Part shown: positions 37,717 through 39,000 of the stretch, piece by piece
How the letters are laid out: every line of letters starts with the position of its first letter
Position numbering within the stretch: the stretch's first letter is position 1
Origin: Eledone cirrhosa
Lineage: Eukaryota
Assembly: GCA_964016885.1 (NCBI GenBank)
Contig: CAXHJY010001480.1
Span: forward strand, 1 to 39,000
Direction: 5' to 3'
Length of the DNA: 39,000 bases
Notes under the pieces: model-generated
Database searches by the model: none
What the model saw: the letters and a program-made list of their open reading frames with translations, nothing else
Told to the model about the DNA's origin: nothing
Program-made: the position numbers and the translations under genes

Positions 37717-38344
37717 CTGGGAAAAAATACGGAAGAAAATAATAGTAATGCTAGAAGACTTTCTTTGGAAGATTTTGTTGTCAATTTGAAGAAATGGTAG
37801 AATAAGGCGTCGTATTTTAAATTAGCTAGAACCATGTAGTTATATATTGTGTGTCTGTAATTATGAGACAAATATGTAGGGTTCCATCTGGGCCTAAAGA
37901 ACAAGCATGTATCATGGTATAACCAAATATGTAGTGCAATGGCTGATCTAGGGGATACGAGGATGAGGTGTATGAACAACGAAGAAAGACTTGAAATAGT
38001 GAAGAAGTATCGGAGGCAATTTTGTTAAAGATTAGAACTCTGATCTGTAACATAATTCCATCTACCGCAATGTATCTAGTGCAACATTCATATTCTCTTT
38101 TTAACCAGATATAATGTCCTTCTTACATAGCTAACTCTGATAATAGGCCTGAAAATGTGTATCTTTACATTTGACCTCATTGTAAGGTCTCTGAGGTTCG
38201 AGGTGAATGAAATGTTTATCCTTGATTATGTTAGGGAGTTTGAAATATAATATTCTAGCCTGAAATAACTAGTTATAAATTTACTGATCAAAACATAAAT
38301 AAGTTTCTGAATAATGAATAGATAATTTTTAAATTATAACTTAC

Positions 38345-38404
38345 TACTTTCAGAACGTGAGGTCTTGAATGTTGCACTTCGAGGAGATAAATATAAAGCG
38401 TTGT
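38345..38404 (-). CDS. Mini-exon type A (60 nt)
   Basis: Acceptor gtttatgttttctag| and donor |gtaagttataatttaaa. Reads (N)NALYLSPRSATFKTSRSES. Confidence 0.8.
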
Positions 38405-38555
38405 CTAGAAAACATAAACAAAATAATAGTAAAACTGTATGTATATATAGAAATATGTTACAAATACAGAAAACAGTGATTAGACTAATTATCTCTGATA
38501 CACTGATAAATTCACCAGGTTCGAACACAAAAAGAACCAAGTTACCAGGTGCTTG

Positions 38556-38601
<46 letters not shown>

Positions 38602-38968
38602 TTATATAAATGAAACTTTTCAGGACCAGAGGGTCTTAGCTCCGTAAATATACATTTACTACCAAGTTTTGTCTAATCATGATTACTGTCGTTATAACTA
38701 AAATTTACTCTTACATACACACGCATACATAGTGTGCACAGAGAACATCACACTCACACACGCACACACTGGGATCACACAATCAGAAAGCCACCAAACC
38801 AATGGACAAACACACACAAACAGAGGTGAATAAAATGTTTATTCTTGATTATGTTAGGGAGTTTGTAATATAATAATCTAGCCTTTATTAACAAGTTATA
38901 AATATACTGATCAAAACATAAATAAGTTTCCGAATAATGAATAGATATTTTTTTAAATTATAACTTAC

Positions 38969-39000
38969 TACTTTCAGAACGTGGGGTCTTAAATGTTGCA
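38969..39000 (-). CDS. Mini-exon type A, truncated by the window edge
   Basis: Donor |gtaagttataatttaaa. Reads ...ATFKTPRSES. Confidence 0.75.

Larger units (their letters stand above)
25540..39000. repeat. Diverged tandem duplication unit (~1.41 kb) carrying two exons, with partial copies and TE insertions
   Basis: Landmark gagataattccatctacctc at ~26146, 26710, 28501, 29914 and (diverged) 38050. Type-A exons end at 27445, 28862 and 30275, giving spacings of 1417 and 1413. Confidence 0.9.

Overview
Eukaryotic, AT- and microsatellite-rich DNA. The repeat landscape resembles a coleoid cephalopod such as Octopus; this is an inference, not a database result. Most ORF-track entries are microsatellite or satellite artefacts. 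Main result 1: a minus-strand gene that the ORF track misses spans almost the whole window. It has at least 19 short exons (18 complete, 48-78 nt, plus one cut off by the right edge), each complete exon lying between a polypyrimidine-AG acceptor and a shared GTAAGTTATAATTTAAA-type donor. All 18 complete exons are multiples of 3 and phase 1-1. They splice into about 370 uninterrupted codons of Ser/Thr/Pro/Lys-rich repetitive protein, built by tandem duplication of a ~1.41-kb two-exon unit. Main result 2: one intron holds a ~12.5-kb array of a 75-bp satellite with a ~4.3-kb higher-order duplication. The array arose in place from one 25-codon segment (the GHCxRH motif) of a decayed RTE-like LINE, whose two halves still flank it. 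The introns also carry Penelope-like elements (one as a 3.35-kb inverted structure), hammerhead-like motifs including a U3:A8 core variant, mariner and LINE fragments, a head-to-tail Helitron junction, a MITE-like element and a SINE.
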